Below, one piece after another: positions 19,770-29,918 of a stretch of DNA of 64,000 bases (the first letter of the stretch is position 1; each line of letters opens with the position of its first letter). The stretch comes from an uncultured Candidatus Saccharibacteria bacterium (GTDB lineage Bacteria; Patescibacteriota; Minisyncoccia; UBA6257; 1-14-0-10-44-23). The notes beneath the pieces are model-generated. The model made no database searches, was not told where the DNA came from, and saw only the letters and a program-made list of their open reading frames with translations. Both the position numbers and the translations under genes were made by a program. The stretch covers positions 206,196 through 270,195 of the forward strand of contig CAYMXN010000002.1 in NCBI GenBank assembly GCA_964394435.1. Reading direction: 5' to 3'.

Positions 19770-21383
19770 TTACGCTTTGGCGATGCGGACGTGGAAGGTG
19801 GAGCCTTTGTTGCGTCCTTCTGATTCTGCCCAAATCTCGCCATGATGAGCGAGCATAATTTGCTTGGCGATATATAAGCCCAATCCAGTGCCTTGGATTT
19901 TTTTAGCGACCCCAGCTTCACGATGGAATTGCTCAAAGAGGGTAGGGATGATGGCTGGGTCCATGCCACCACCCGAGTCCTTAATAGTGATGAGGATACT
20001 CTTTTGCTCTTCGGCGATTGTTACATTGATAAATCCAGTTTCGGTGTACTTAATTGAGTTGTCGATTAGGTTTTCGATAACCTGGCGCATTTTGATCGTA
20101 TCAATCGAAGCGTTTAATAGTGGAGCGCTGGTATTAAAGTTGAGCTCGAGCCCTTTTTGTTTGGCGACTGGCTTAAAGTCTTCAACAATGCCGCGAGTAA
20201 AGGCGACCATGTCTTTGAGTTCGAGGTTGTATTCCATTTTTCCCTCTTCAAGCTTGCGGATGTTTAAGAATTCATCAACCAGACGAATCGCACGATCACC
20301 CGTACTTTTGATTTTGTAGGCGGTATCAAGAATTTGAGCCTCTTCGTTGTAGGTCTTGTCATAGATTAAGCTCGCCCATTGTTTCATCTTAGAAACAGGG
20401 GACTTGAGGTCGTGGCTAGCAAAGGAGAGAAACTCGTCTTTTTGCTTGTCGAGTTCTTTGAGCTTCTCGTTGGCAATGGCTAAGTCGGTGGTCAGTGTTT
20501 GGAGCTTTTCTTTTTGTTCGATTTCGCGCCGAACTCCTTTAATAAGGAGGACGCCAAAACTCATAACGAGGCTGAATACGCCAGCACGGAAAATAACAGT
20601 TTCGATATTAGTAGAAAAGATAATTTCGATAAATGTAACAATGGCGAGCAAGACGGTAAGAATCTCGGTTGTTACTACTTTAACGTTAAGGAGGTGGTGC
20701 TTGATAATTGAGTAGTAGGTGAGGGCGATGAGTGGGAAAATAAAGACTGCACCGAGGGGGATGTAGCGACTATTGTCTAAAAATGCAGGAAGTACAAAGT
20801 TGAAAATGATATGAAGGGCGAATGTGATAACACCTCCCGCGATAATGAATGAGAACTTATGTCGTTCTTCTTTCGTAGCTCGGCGAGTGCGTAGAAAAAG
20901 TGAGCCGAAGGCGAGCGTTACTAATCCAAGAATAGCTGCGCCAAACAAGAAGATTCCTAGTCCGTTTTTAACATCTTCGATTCTGCCGGTCGCCGAGAAT
21001 GCTGTAATTTGCGTGAAAACAAGCGGGGTGAGGGTGATGGCTGAAATGATCGCGACGACTGGAGTGAGGACGCGGCGGTATATATTGGGGAAAATAAACT
21101 GCTCTTTAGGAAATACAAAAAAGAGACGAAAGAGGAAATAGGTATACCAAATTGCAAAAAATGCGTGAAGACGAAGGAGCCAAAGTGTTATTTCTGGTGA
21201 TTGGCTCGGTTGGTAGTAGGCGTAGTTAAAGATACTCCATATTGCTGCGGCGAGTGCGAAATAGAAAAACGCTCGGTTTGTCGTACTTTTTTGATTATTA
21301 AGAAATACAACAAATCCAAGAATACCTATGGTGGCGATAGCTATTCCAACTGAAAGAAGATCGAGATTTTGAAAGGCGCCCAT
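19770..21383 (-). CDS. sensor histidine kinase with N-terminal multi-TM sensor domain
   Basis: About 7 N-terminal TM helices; HisKA SFASHDLKSP; HATPase_c G-boxes DSGGGM and GTGLGLYIAKQI. Confidence 0.85.
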   Translation of the reverse strand: MGAFQNLDLLSVGIAIATIGILGFVVFLNNQKSTTNRAFFYFALAAAIWSIFNYAYYQPSQSPEITLWLLRLHAFFAIWYTYFLFRLFFVFPKEQFIFPNIYRRVLTPVVAIISAITLTPLVFTQITAFSATGRIEDVKNGLGIFLFGAAILGLVTLAFGSLFLRTRRATKEERHKFSFIIAGGVITFALHIIFNFVLPAFLDNSRYIPLGAVFIFPLIALTYYSIIKHHLLNVKVVTTEILTVLLAIVTFIEIIFSTNIETVIFRAGVFSLVMSFGVLLIKGVRREIEQKEKLQTLTTDLAIANEKLKELDKQKDEFLSFASHDLKSPVSKMKQWASLIYDKTYNEEAQILDTAYKIKSTGDRAIRLVDEFLNIRKLEEGKMEYNLELKDMVAFTRGIVEDFKPVAKQKGLELNFNTSAPLLNASIDTIKMRQVIENLIDNSIKYTETGFINVTIAEEQKSILITIKDSGGGMDPAIIPTLFEQFHREAGVAKKIQGTGLGLYIAKQIMLAHHGEIWAESEGRNKGSTFHVRIAKA

Positions 21384-21413
21384 ACAAATTAAGTATAGCG
21401 CATTTCATGAGTG

Positions 21414-22472
21414 CTATTTCGTTTTGTACTGGATACGTGGTGCTTGCTTTGATGAGCGTGCGGTTGGATCTCCGTCTTTGCCGATACGAAAGGTGATAGC
21501 GATCAGTTCTTTTGGATTTCCAAGGGCCTTTTGCGTTTCTTTGTATGCTTGGCGGATTACTTCTTGGTGTTTTTGTGAGAGCAGATTATTTAACGCGCCA
21601 GCAGCTACGCCCTGATAGAAAAAGAGCGTCCCAGTCATAAGGTGGCAACTAAGTTTGTATGTGGTTGCGATAAGCCAGATGCGTTGCATAAGCTGTCCGG
21701 CCGCAAGAAACGCCTCGTCGGCATCAGGTATGGTGATCGCACCGATGGCTGGTGTTTTTGCGTATGTCTTTGCGTTGCTTGCGGCGATGCCTTTTGCTGC
21801 GCCGATGTGATTAAGTAGGTTCATTAATTTCCATGAACGAAATAGCTTGAGTGCTAGGCGTTGTGGTGCCGCAAGCTCCATAGTCATAAGATAGAGGCCA
21901 CTCTTTTTTTGTTTTTCTTCAGCTTCAGTCCAAACAATTTCGCTTGTGAAAAGTTTGTGCAGTTCTTGATTTTCGAGAGTGATTATTTCATTAACACTCG
22001 CTGTCCGAGCTAATTCTTTTATATCTTGTGCAGCTTCGGCGAAAAGGAGCTTGCAGGAGTCAAACGGTTGGGCGGCGCTTAATAATTCTTGTTTAATAGT
22101 GGGGCTTAGCGCTTCTGTTTTATATGGCTTTCGATTGGTAGTGCGGCTAAAAATCGCTTCGTAGAGGCGTGTTGGATGCGCTTCGGTTTTTATGAGGTTG
22201 ATTGTGGCGGTGATATTCTGATTTGTTTTGTCTGGGAAGAGCTTGATATTTGCTTGATATCCGAAATGTTCAGCAGCGATGCGTATATTTTCGATTAGTG
22301 CTCCATGGGCGAAGAGGGTGCCGCGATTGCGAAAGTTGAGGACCGGGTGGTCTTTCTCTGGTTCGGCGATAACGGTTATCGCATTTTCAGAAACTTCAAA
22401 TCGCCATGGCTGTGAGTTGCTCCCTGATGGCGCCTGGCAGCCAGCTTCGATAATTTTTTGGATATCATTCAT
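21414..22472 (-). CDS. nitroreductase-superfamily oxidoreductase, two-lobed (SagB/McbC-like)
   Basis: 352 aa; AGCQAPSGSNSQPWRF matches the nitroreductase FMN-binding N-terminal motif. Confidence 0.6.
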   Translation of the reverse strand: MNDIQKIIEAGCQAPSGSNSQPWRFEVSENAITVIAEPEKDHPVLNFRNRGTLFAHGALIENIRIAAEHFGYQANIKLFPDKTNQNITATINLIKTEAHPTRLYEAIFSRTTNRKPYKTEALSPTIKQELLSAAQPFDSCKLLFAEAAQDIKELARTASVNEIITLENQELHKLFTSEIVWTEAEEKQKKSGLYLMTMELAAPQRLALKLFRSWKLMNLLNHIGAAKGIAASNAKTYAKTPAIGAITIPDADEAFLAAGQLMQRIWLIATTYKLSCHLMTGTLFFYQGVAAGALNNLLSQKHQEVIRQAYKETQKALGNPKELIAITFRIGKDGDPTARSSKQAPRIQYKTK

Positions 22473-22487
22473 ATTGTTTAGTATACC

Positions 22488-22514
22488 AAAAACCGCCCAT
22501 TTGGGCGGTTTTTG
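22488..22514 (-). terminator. rho-independent terminator between the ThiF-like gene and the nitroreductase gene
   Basis: aaaaaccgcccatttgggcggttttt. Confidence 0.65.
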
Positions 22515-22522
22515 GTTGGTTG

Positions 22523-23680
22523 TTATTTCTGATGCATCATTTTCCAGATGAACTTGAGGAGGGTTTTTTTACGAGAGAGTTTTTGGCTTATCGAGTTATA
22601 TCCGGAGATAAAGGTCGCCTCGGTGCTCATTTGGCGACGGCCAGACTTTATTTTCGGGTTTTTGAGAATGATTTCTCGGGAGAGGTAGGCGAGGATGGTG
22701 CCACACATATTAGCGGCGGTGCCAAGCTGCGGCCAGGAGTAGAGCGACGTGCCTACTTCGGCGACTGATTCGAGCATACGTGGGACTACAAGGTTTGCTC
22801 CGGCGATTTTTCCAGCAACTTTCGGTAAATCTTTCGGCGGCATATGTTTTAATCCTTCAGCTGAAAGTTTACCGGCGAGACCGTGGAAGATAGGGTAGGA
22901 CTTGCTGATGTCGTAGCGCTCAACGTCGGTAATTACGCCATCGCCATTGTCAGTCGCCATAATTGTGGCGATGCCGCGCTTACGTGCCTCTTCTCGAGAT
23001 TTAAATTTGAAATATGGATTATCCATCTCTTCGATAAAGACGTTTAGTCTTGGAGCTTCGAAGAACTCACTCATCATCGCTTCGGAAAATCCTTCGGTGT
23101 AGAGAATGATGTTGGCGTACGGGTTTAATTCGTAGATTGAGCGGGCGACAACCATCGCTTTATTTGTGCCGATGTTTTGTGCGCCGGTGCGGATGCGATT
23201 GAGGTTTGGTCCAGAAATTGTGTCGGGATCAGCGAGCTTAATGGTCTTTGCTCCGCCGGTCATCGCGATAGTGAGCGCCGCGTGGCTACCGACTGAAAGA
23301 CCAGCGATGCCAATTACTCCCTCATAGTAGGCTTCTTGTTCAGCTTTGGTGATTAGGAGTTTATTGCGACCGGTGCGCATCTCAAAATGCAGTTCTTCTG
23401 GGATGTAATGGACGAGTTGGTTATTCCACGGAAAGTAAAACCAGGTGCCGTCTTCGTCCGGGTTACGCTGATTGCGCTGTTGTTTTACGAAAAGCTCAAA
23501 GTCGGTCTGATAGTTTTTATCAAACTTATATTTTGGGTTACGGAGCAGAAACAGTTCTTCGAGTTGAGCGGTGTACTGGTCGACAATTTGTAGTTCAGGG
23601 TGTTCGGCCTGAAGTTTTTTAATGTCGGCAATGTTTATTTTGATCGGCTTCCAGTCGGTGCGATTGATTTGTTCCTGCAT
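22523..23680 (-). CDS. ThiF/MoeB/E1-like adenylyltransferase with about 120-aa N-terminal extension
   Basis: Rossmann motif IGIAGLSVGSHAALTIAMTGG...LADPDTISGPNLNR fits the ThiF family. Confidence 0.65.
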   Translation of the reverse strand: MQEQINRTDWKPIKINIADIKKLQAEHPELQIVDQYTAQLEELFLLRNPKYKFDKNYQTDFELFVKQQRNQRNPDEDGTWFYFPWNNQLVHYIPEELHFEMRTGRNKLLITKAEQEAYYEGVIGIAGLSVGSHAALTIAMTGGAKTIKLADPDTISGPNLNRIRTGAQNIGTNKAMVVARSIYELNPYANIILYTEGFSEAMMSEFFEAPRLNVFIEEMDNPYFKFKSREEARKRGIATIMATDNGDGVITDVERYDISKSYPIFHGLAGKLSAEGLKHMPPKDLPKVAGKIAGANLVVPRMLESVAEVGTSLYSWPQLGTAANMCGTILAYLSREIILKNPKIKSGRRQMSTEATFISGYNSISQKLSRKKTLLKFIWKMMHQK

Positions 23681-23688
23681 ACGATAGT

Positions 23689-25188
23689 TTATTTTTTAAC
23701 CCACTTCTGCTTAACACCTGGACGGAAATACGTCGGATCTTCGCATGGCCAGAACTGAAGCTTTGGCATTGCGCGGTCTCCTAGGTAGTTAGAGAGTTCG
23801 CGGAATTCGGAGTTTTTGTGGCGGAGGTTAGTAATGATACGGTGGAGGGCGAGCTTTTCCAATTTCTGATTAGCTTTTTTGCCTTTGCGGAGCTCGAGGT
23901 TTATTTCAAGATACTGGTCGTGTTTTTTATCAAAGCGGGTGATCATCGTGCACTTACCCGTGAGTGAGTCGGTGAGGGGCTTTTCGAGTAAGACTTCGCG
24001 AATCGTTTCCGGATAAATCTGGAGGCCGTAGAGCGTAGTTGAGAAGTCGGTGCGCTCATAGACGTGTACGAACGGGAGGCGATAGAGGCAGTCGGAAATT
24101 CCCGCATCTTGAGCGGCTTTTTCGATCGAGAGGCCTGATGAGGCGAGCTTTTTTTCCATTTCGGCAAAACTCGTTGAACCGCCATGGTCGCCGACTGCGT
24201 AGCGAATGAGCGGAATGGTGTTGTCGCCCGTTAACAGGATCTCGCCTTGCGGTGCCTCAAAGGTCATAAAGTACGGGTTGTATTGGGCAAGCGTCGGCGT
24301 CTTGCTGGCGGATGAAAATATTTTCTCAAAGAGTGATTTGTCTTTGATTGCTAAGCGGCGAAGCATAATTGACGTTGGTGTTTCAAACGCCATCGCGCCG
24401 ATATCAGCGGTTCCATAGATATTTAGTGTGTCGCGGCAAACGTTGCGGATGCCAGCTTTTTCTTTGAGATGGTCGCGGAGTTTTTCTGGGAACGCTTCAG
24501 CGGCGAATAAGAAGCGTGTGTTTAATTTTTTGAGATCAACTCCTTCGGTTTTTGCTTCATCGACAATGTCTTTAATGAATGGGGGATAGCCGACGATGAT
24601 GGTTTGTTCGTAGTTTGGGGCGATTTGGCGCAGGGCCTTAAAAATTTCTACTTTATTAATACCCGGGGTGAGGATAGAGACCGGATAGTTGTTTTCGCGA
24701 CCGGCGATTTCAAACGCTTGGTAGGTGATCAGTCCGCCAATCCACACGCCCATACCAAAGCCAATTAATACAAAGGTTGATTTATTAATACCGAGTGAGC
24801 TATTACGAAGGTATGAGTTTATGAGCGAGGAGTATTGCCAATCGAGCTGGTGTCCGCGGGGGAAGTAAAATGGCTCGCCGGTTGATCCGGAGGTTGAAGT
24901 AAATACGAGTGGGGTTTTGAGTGTGCCGTCCCAGCAGAGTTTTTCGAGCGGATACTGCTTGAGATAGTCTTTTTTAGATACAGTCGGAACTAATTGAAAA
25001 TCAGCGAAGGTTTTGATCTTATCAGGATTAACTTTGTTTTTCTTTAAAAAATCTTTATAGGCCGGGACGCGTTTGGCGGCGTCGTGAAACAGGGTGAGGG
25101 CGTTTTGTTCGCGTAGTTTTGCCCAAAATGCAGCCGGTTTTGTTTCTACTTGTTTAGCGATTTCGAGGGCAGATAGCTTTGGTTTCAT
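23689..25188 (-). CDS. adenylate-forming enzyme, PaaK/F390-synthetase/CapK-like (ANL superfamily)
   Basis: 499 aa; P-loop-like TSTSGSTGEPFYFP matches the ANL SSGTTG motif; fold-level similarity only. Confidence 0.5.
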   Translation of the reverse strand: MKPKLSALEIAKQVETKPAAFWAKLREQNALTLFHDAAKRVPAYKDFLKKNKVNPDKIKTFADFQLVPTVSKKDYLKQYPLEKLCWDGTLKTPLVFTSTSGSTGEPFYFPRGHQLDWQYSSLINSYLRNSSLGINKSTFVLIGFGMGVWIGGLITYQAFEIAGRENNYPVSILTPGINKVEIFKALRQIAPNYEQTIIVGYPPFIKDIVDEAKTEGVDLKKLNTRFLFAAEAFPEKLRDHLKEKAGIRNVCRDTLNIYGTADIGAMAFETPTSIMLRRLAIKDKSLFEKIFSSASKTPTLAQYNPYFMTFEAPQGEILLTGDNTIPLIRYAVGDHGGSTSFAEMEKKLASSGLSIEKAAQDAGISDCLYRLPFVHVYERTDFSTTLYGLQIYPETIREVLLEKPLTDSLTGKCTMITRFDKKHDQYLEINLELRKGKKANQKLEKLALHRIITNLRHKNSEFRELSNYLGDRAMPKLQFWPCEDPTYFRPGVKQKWVKK

Positions 25189-25193
25189 CGTGC

Positions 25194-26258
25194 TTATTTA
25201 GCTTTAGTTGTTTGTTTGTGAAATATCTCTTCGCCGAGTTCATCGGCGATGCGGCTTGGGGAGAGATGTTTCTTTTTCGAGAGGAATAAGATCGTGCTTA
25301 GGGTGTTTTTGACGTTTTCTACGCGGCGAAGTACTCGATTGCGGTCGTAGCCATTTGATTCGAGCTCGTCGACGACGTTGATGAGTCCGCCCGCGTTGGC
25401 GACGTAATCTGGGACGAACAAGATGTCGCGCTTAAAGAGTTCATCGCTAATTTCAGTTGAAGAAAGTTGGTTATTGGCTCCTCCGCAGACGATTTTCGCT
25501 TTAACTTCTTTGTGATTTTTTTCGTTGATGTCGTTGCCAAGTGCGCACGGTGAGAAGATGTCGACGGGAAGGGAGTGGATAGTTTCTACGGGAACTACTT
25601 CGAGATCAGGAATTTCTGCTTTTATTTTAGTGATAGCGTTTTCGCGAATGTCAGCGATGATGACGCGTGCACCGTCTTGTTTGACGAGGCGAACGAGCTC
25701 TCCACCTACCTTGCCGACTCCTTTAATGGCGATCGTGAGTCCTTTGAGCGTGGTAAGGCCTAATTTTTCTTGAACGGCGGTGAGGATGGAGTGGTAGGTC
25801 GAGAGGGCGGCGTATGGAGATGGATCGCCGGCGATACCTCTGCGACCGATAAAAAAATCAGACTCTTCGAGCATGATTTGTACATCATCCTCGGTGAGTC
25901 CGACATCTTCGCCCGTAATAAACCGTCCGTTTAACTTCTTAATAACTCGCGCATACGCTCTGATTAATGATTCGTTTTTGTCATGATCCGGATTTCCAAT
26001 GATAACCGCCTTGCCTCCACCGTGTGGTACGCCAGCAAGTGCGCATTTGTACGTCATCGCGCGCGAAAGGCGTAATGCATCAATAAGCGCTGTTTTCTCG
26101 TTTTCATATGGAAACATACGGGTTCCTCCGACTGCTGGGCCGAGGTTTTCATTATGAATGGCAATAAAGCCTTTTAGTTTTGTCTCTGGGTCTTTAAAAC
26201 TGACGACCATCTTGTAGTCATCAAGTGCTGGCAATTGTTCTATCTCAACGTCTTTCAT
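25194..26258 (-). CDS. Glu/Leu/Phe/Val-family amino-acid dehydrogenase
   Basis: GGTRMFPY...PHGGGKAVI substrate/catalytic Lys region; C-terminal Rossmann GVGKVGGEL. Confidence 0.75.
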   Translation of the reverse strand: MKDVEIEQLPALDDYKMVVSFKDPETKLKGFIAIHNENLGPAVGGTRMFPYENEKTALIDALRLSRAMTYKCALAGVPHGGGKAVIIGNPDHDKNESLIRAYARVIKKLNGRFITGEDVGLTEDDVQIMLEESDFFIGRRGIAGDPSPYAALSTYHSILTAVQEKLGLTTLKGLTIAIKGVGKVGGELVRLVKQDGARVIIADIRENAITKIKAEIPDLEVVPVETIHSLPVDIFSPCALGNDINEKNHKEVKAKIVCGGANNQLSSTEISDELFKRDILFVPDYVANAGGLINVVDELESNGYDRNRVLRRVENVKNTLSTILFLSKKKHLSPSRIADELGEEIFHKQTTKAK

Positions 26259-26290
26259 TCGAGTAATTACTTGGTTTGCTGAATATGGCT

Positions 26291-26318
26291 ATTGTAGCAT
26301 ATTTTTCAGATTTGACAA
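26291..26318 (-). promoter_or_regulatory. sigma70-type promoter (TTGTCA-16-TACAAT on minus strand) driving the dehydrogenase/ligase/E1-like genes
   Basis: rc of 26313-26318 is TTGTCA; rc of 26291-26296 is TACAAT; 16-nt spacer. Confidence 0.5.
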
Positions 26319-26367
26319 ATTCTCCCAATTCTTGGGTTTTATTATGTCCGCGTTATTTTCGTGAGGC

Positions 26368-27252
26368 TTAGTCGTAGATCGCGTTGGCGATAACAAATGG
26401 GACGTTGCCTGTTTCGAGAGGGATGTTGCTGGTAATGCCGTCGCTCCAGGCAAAGTCGCTTGTCGAGGCGATATAGACCGAGAGGCTATCAGTTGTGCCT
26501 TCGGCATTGGCGAAGTTACTTGAGTCGATGCGGACTTTAAATGTTTTTACTGTTCCTGGTGTTATAGAGAAGTTCGGGGTGAAGGTGACGGTGCACATAT
26601 TTCCGGTGGTCGGGGTGCAGGTCTGCGCGGTTGAGCCCGTGAGGCTTTTGAGACTTACGCTAAATGGCGTTGAACCGCTGGCTACTGCTCCGCCAGCAAA
26701 AGTGAGCGTGAATGAACTTAGCGTTGATACTGATGTTGGGTCGGCGGTCAGCGTCATAGTGCCTACATCGTCGACTGCGGCGCGTACGCGGCGGGTTGGG
26801 AGTATTGGCTGGCTTAAGGTAGTTCCGCTTACGGAGAGCGTTGGAGTTGCCGGGGTCGTTGAAACTGTTTGGGGTATTGCAGGAATAGGTGCGGCGGTGA
26901 TTGGTGTTGGCTCTGGAGTTGGGGTTGTTATGGGGGTTTGGACGATCTCGAGTTTAGCGAGGGCGCTGCGAGTGAGTGGACCGACTATGCCGATAGCCGG
27001 ACTGATCTTTTGATCTTTTTGAAACTGAATAACTGCTTCTTTTGTTTTTGTGCCGAAATAACCGATTGGCTCGGCGGTTAATAGATTTCTCTTAGCAAGC
27101 AGTTGTTGCAGGCAGAGTACGTCAGCGCCCTTGCTTCCACGTTGGAGGGTGCGCGTAAGAGGGCAGGTGGCGGCGCTGGAGGTTTTTATAAGCAGAATCG
27201 CGGCTAATGCCGCGAAGGTGAAGATTGCTATTTCTTTTCGGGTAGGGGTCAT
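26368..27252 (-). CDS. secreted protein with peptidoglycan-binding (PG_binding_1-like) domain, Pro/Thr linker and Ig-like C-terminal domain
   Basis: Signal peptide; LQRGSKGADVLCLQQLL...GYFGTKTKEAVIQFQ matches a PG-binding repeat; long PT-rich linker. Confidence 0.55.
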   Translation of the reverse strand: MTPTRKEIAIFTFAALAAILLIKTSSAATCPLTRTLQRGSKGADVLCLQQLLAKRNLLTAEPIGYFGTKTKEAVIQFQKDQKISPAIGIVGPLTRSALAKLEIVQTPITTPTPEPTPITAAPIPAIPQTVSTTPATPTLSVSGTTLSQPILPTRRVRAAVDDVGTMTLTADPTSVSTLSSFTLTFAGGAVASGSTPFSVSLKSLTGSTAQTCTPTTGNMCTVTFTPNFSITPGTVKTFKVRIDSSNFANAEGTTDSLSVYIASTSDFAWSDGITSNIPLETGNVPFVIANAIYD

Positions 27253-27344
27253 ACGTTTTTACTGTAACGCTTATATATTTAGAGTAGCATGGCTTTCTTT
27301 GTATATCCATTTCGGCTCTTTTGAATCGGGGATATAATTGATGT

Positions 27345-29162
27345 ATGAAATTGTTTAGTTTAGAGCTAGGCGGGGGGCCGCTTGCGCAGATGTTTCGAAA
27401 TATGATTCGGATTACTGCGATGGTTTGGCGCAAAAATAAGCGCTTGGTTCTTTTCTCTGCCTTAATGTCTGCGATTATGTCAGCAGCCCCTTTTTTCTTT
27501 GCTGGTTCGCGAGGGTTATTGATTGATGATTTGATCGCGCATACAGGGAGCGGGAGTTTTGCTTCCTCAATAGTGTTCTACTTAGCGCTAACTCTAGCGT
27601 CTGGGCTTTTAATGCCAATTTCTACGGCTGTTGCTGTTTATTTAGAGAAGTATTTTTATTTTGAGTTAGATGAGCAGTTTGAGTTTTTAATAATTAAGCG
27701 TCAGGCAGAGCTTGATATTGCTGTTCATGAGGATCCGACTTATAACGATCTTTTTAATAGAGTCAGGGAAAATGGTCTATGGCGCGTGCAGAATTTTATT
27801 AGTAGGGAGTTTTATATTTTTCAAAATATTCTAGAAATTATCATCGCATTTATTATTCTCGCGGCGGTGAACTGGTGGCTGATTGTTGTTCTTTTACTAT
27901 GCACAATTCCAGAGATGATAGTTCAGGTCAAATATGGAAATTATGAGTGGGGAGTTTGGGCTGGGCACTCTGAAGAGCGTCGACATTATTGGGTTGCGCG
28001 AGGCCAGTTTGATGTTGTTTCGTCGCTTATTGAGTTGCGTCTTTTTCAGAGTGTTTCATATTTTATTGCACGACTAAAAGAGCTTTTTGGTTCTGTGCGT
28101 AGCAAGCAGAGAAAGAATGAGCGGCGAAGGTTTATTCATCAGATGTTGGCGCTTATCCTTGGACAACTCGCCATTGCTTTTGCGATGGGTTGGTTTGTCT
28201 ATCTTGTGACTAAGGGAGAGCTGCTTATTGGTGCATTTACTTTCTTTTTAGCTTCGATAACTGACTTACGTCAATCATTTTCCTCATTGTTCGGAAACAT
28301 TGGAAGGCAGTATCAGGATAGTCTGTTCCTTACAGATGTATTTAGATTGCTTGATATTAAGTCTGTTATTTCTCAATCAACTCAGCCAATTCATCTTGAT
28401 AGCTCGCGTGCTCCGGCTATTGTTTTTGATAATGTTACGTTTCGGTATCCGAATACGTCAGTTGATGTCCTTAAAAACTTTTCACTTACGATTGAGTCTG
28501 GCGAAAAAGTGGCAATTGTTGGGGTTAATGGTGCCGGCAAAACAACATTAATTAAGTTGTTGTGTCGATTCTATGATCCAACCGAAGGAAGAATTTTGGT
28601 TGATGGATATGATTTGCGAGAGATAGATATTGAGAGTTGGTATCATGTCGTAGGTGCATTGTTTCAGGAGTATGTTAAATATGAGCTTGTTGTAAGCCAG
28701 GCAATTGCGCTTGGTAGGGTGGCGGATGTAAAAAATACTGAGCGTATCAAGCTTTCTGGTCAACAAGCAGAGGCGGATGTATTTATAAATGAGTGGGCGA
28801 ATAAGTATGAGCAACAACTTGGCAATCAGTTTAGTGGTGGGGTTGAGCCTTCGATTGGACAATGGCAAAAGTTAGCCTTAGCTCGTGCATTTTATCGTGA
28901 TCCGCGCGTATTTATTCTTGATGAGCCAACGTCTTCAATTGATGCCGAGGCTGAAGCCAAGATTTTTGAGAAGCTTGAGGGGTTGCCAAAAGATAGAACT
29001 GTTATTCTTATTTCTCATAGATTTTCTACAGTTAGGCAGGCAAATAAAATTGCAGTCATTGAGGGTGGCAAATTGAGTGAGCTTGGGACGCACAAAGAGC
29101 TGTTAAAAGAAAATGGAACATATGCGAGGTTGTTTAAAATGCAGGCGAAGGGGTATATATAA
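27345..29162 (+). CDS. ABC exporter, fused permease plus ATPase (MsbA-like)
   Basis: 6-TM N-terminal domain; Walker A GVNGAGKTTL; Q-loop and signature region; Walker B ILDEPTSSID. Confidence 0.85.
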   Translation: MKLFSLELGGGPLAQMFRNMIRITAMVWRKNKRLVLFSALMSAIMSAAPFFFAGSRGLLIDDLIAHTGSGSFASSIVFYLALTLASGLLMPISTAVAVYLEKYFYFELDEQFEFLIIKRQAELDIAVHEDPTYNDLFNRVRENGLWRVQNFISREFYIFQNILEIIIAFIILAAVNWWLIVVLLLCTIPEMIVQVKYGNYEWGVWAGHSEERRHYWVARGQFDVVSSLIELRLFQSVSYFIARLKELFGSVRSKQRKNERRRFIHQMLALILGQLAIAFAMGWFVYLVTKGELLIGAFTFFLASITDLRQSFSSLFGNIGRQYQDSLFLTDVFRLLDIKSVISQSTQPIHLDSSRAPAIVFDNVTFRYPNTSVDVLKNFSLTIESGEKVAIVGVNGAGKTTLIKLLCRFYDPTEGRILVDGYDLREIDIESWYHVVGALFQEYVKYELVVSQAIALGRVADVKNTERIKLSGQQAEADVFINEWANKYEQQLGNQFSGGVEPSIGQWQKLALARAFYRDPRVFILDEPTSSIDAEAEAKIFEKLEGLPKDRTVILISHRFSTVRQANKIAVIEGGKLSELGTHKELLKENGTYARLFKMQAKGYI

Positions 29163-29165
29163 AGA

Positions 29166-29771
29166 ATGAGTTCTTTGTTTTGGGATGAGATTTATGCGAA
29201 AGAGAGTCCATTTGGCGATGGGCCGATTCAGATTGTGCAAAAAGCACTTCTCTATCAGCGGGGAGGTAGAGCACTTGATTTGGGTGCCGGATATGGTCGG
29301 CACGCGATTTTTTTAGCTCAAAACGGATTTGCTGTTGATGCGATTGAGTACTCAAGCGTGGGGGCGCAGCGAATGCGCAGTGCTGCTCTTGAGAGACAGC
29401 TGCCGCTGACTGTTTTTGAACAAGATGTGCATCAATTTCAGCCAGCTCATGAGTATGAGTTGGTTGTAAACGCTTATGTGCTTCACGAGCTATCCCGCGT
29501 AGATGGTCTTGAGGTTGTTGCTAAGATGCAGCAACTTACTGTTCTAGGGGGATTGAATGTTATTACTTCGTTTACGCAATCCGGGGATTTTTTTGAAGAG
29601 TATCCAGAGACTGAAAAGTTGTATTTTAAACAGGATGAGCTTCGGGCGTTATATGCCGATTGGGAGATTCTTTCGTATGAAGAGATGCGGCGACAGGCGA
29701 TGGTGAAAAAGCCCGATGGAACGCGCAAGCATAATATCGTAGCGATGCTGTTGGCGCGAAAGAAATTTTAA
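29166..29771 (+). CDS. SAM-dependent methyltransferase (TehB-like)
   Basis: Motif I ALDLGAGYGRHAIFLAQNGFAVDAIE. Confidence 0.7.
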   Translation: MSSLFWDEIYAKESPFGDGPIQIVQKALLYQRGGRALDLGAGYGRHAIFLAQNGFAVDAIEYSSVGAQRMRSAALERQLPLTVFEQDVHQFQPAHEYELVVNAYVLHELSRVDGLEVVAKMQQLTVLGGLNVITSFTQSGDFFEEYPETEKLYFKQDELRALYADWEILSYEEMRRQAMVKKPDGTRKHNIVAMLLARKKF

Positions 29772-29831
29772 TAAAAATGGCCGAGACCGATGTGAGTCGG
29801 TTTCGGCCACCCCTTGGGAGGGGGAGGACGA

Positions 29832-29918
29832 CTAGTCGTCGTCCGGTCCGTCGTTCTTCTCGCCCGAACTTCCGTCGTTCTGGGCCGGCGGATCGCCACC
29901 GTAGAACTTGCGGTTCAT
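29832..29918 (-). CDS. 28-aa micro-ORF in a GC-rich islet with AAGGAAG SD
   Basis: Translates MNRKFYGGDPPAQNDGSSGEKNDGPDDD; SD 6 nt upstream; palindrome GGACGACTAGTCGTCGTCC at the stop; the ~110-bp GC-rich segment 29810-29920 is about 68% GC. Confidence 0.25.
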   Translation of the reverse strand: MNRKFYGGDPPAQNDGSSGEKNDGPDDD

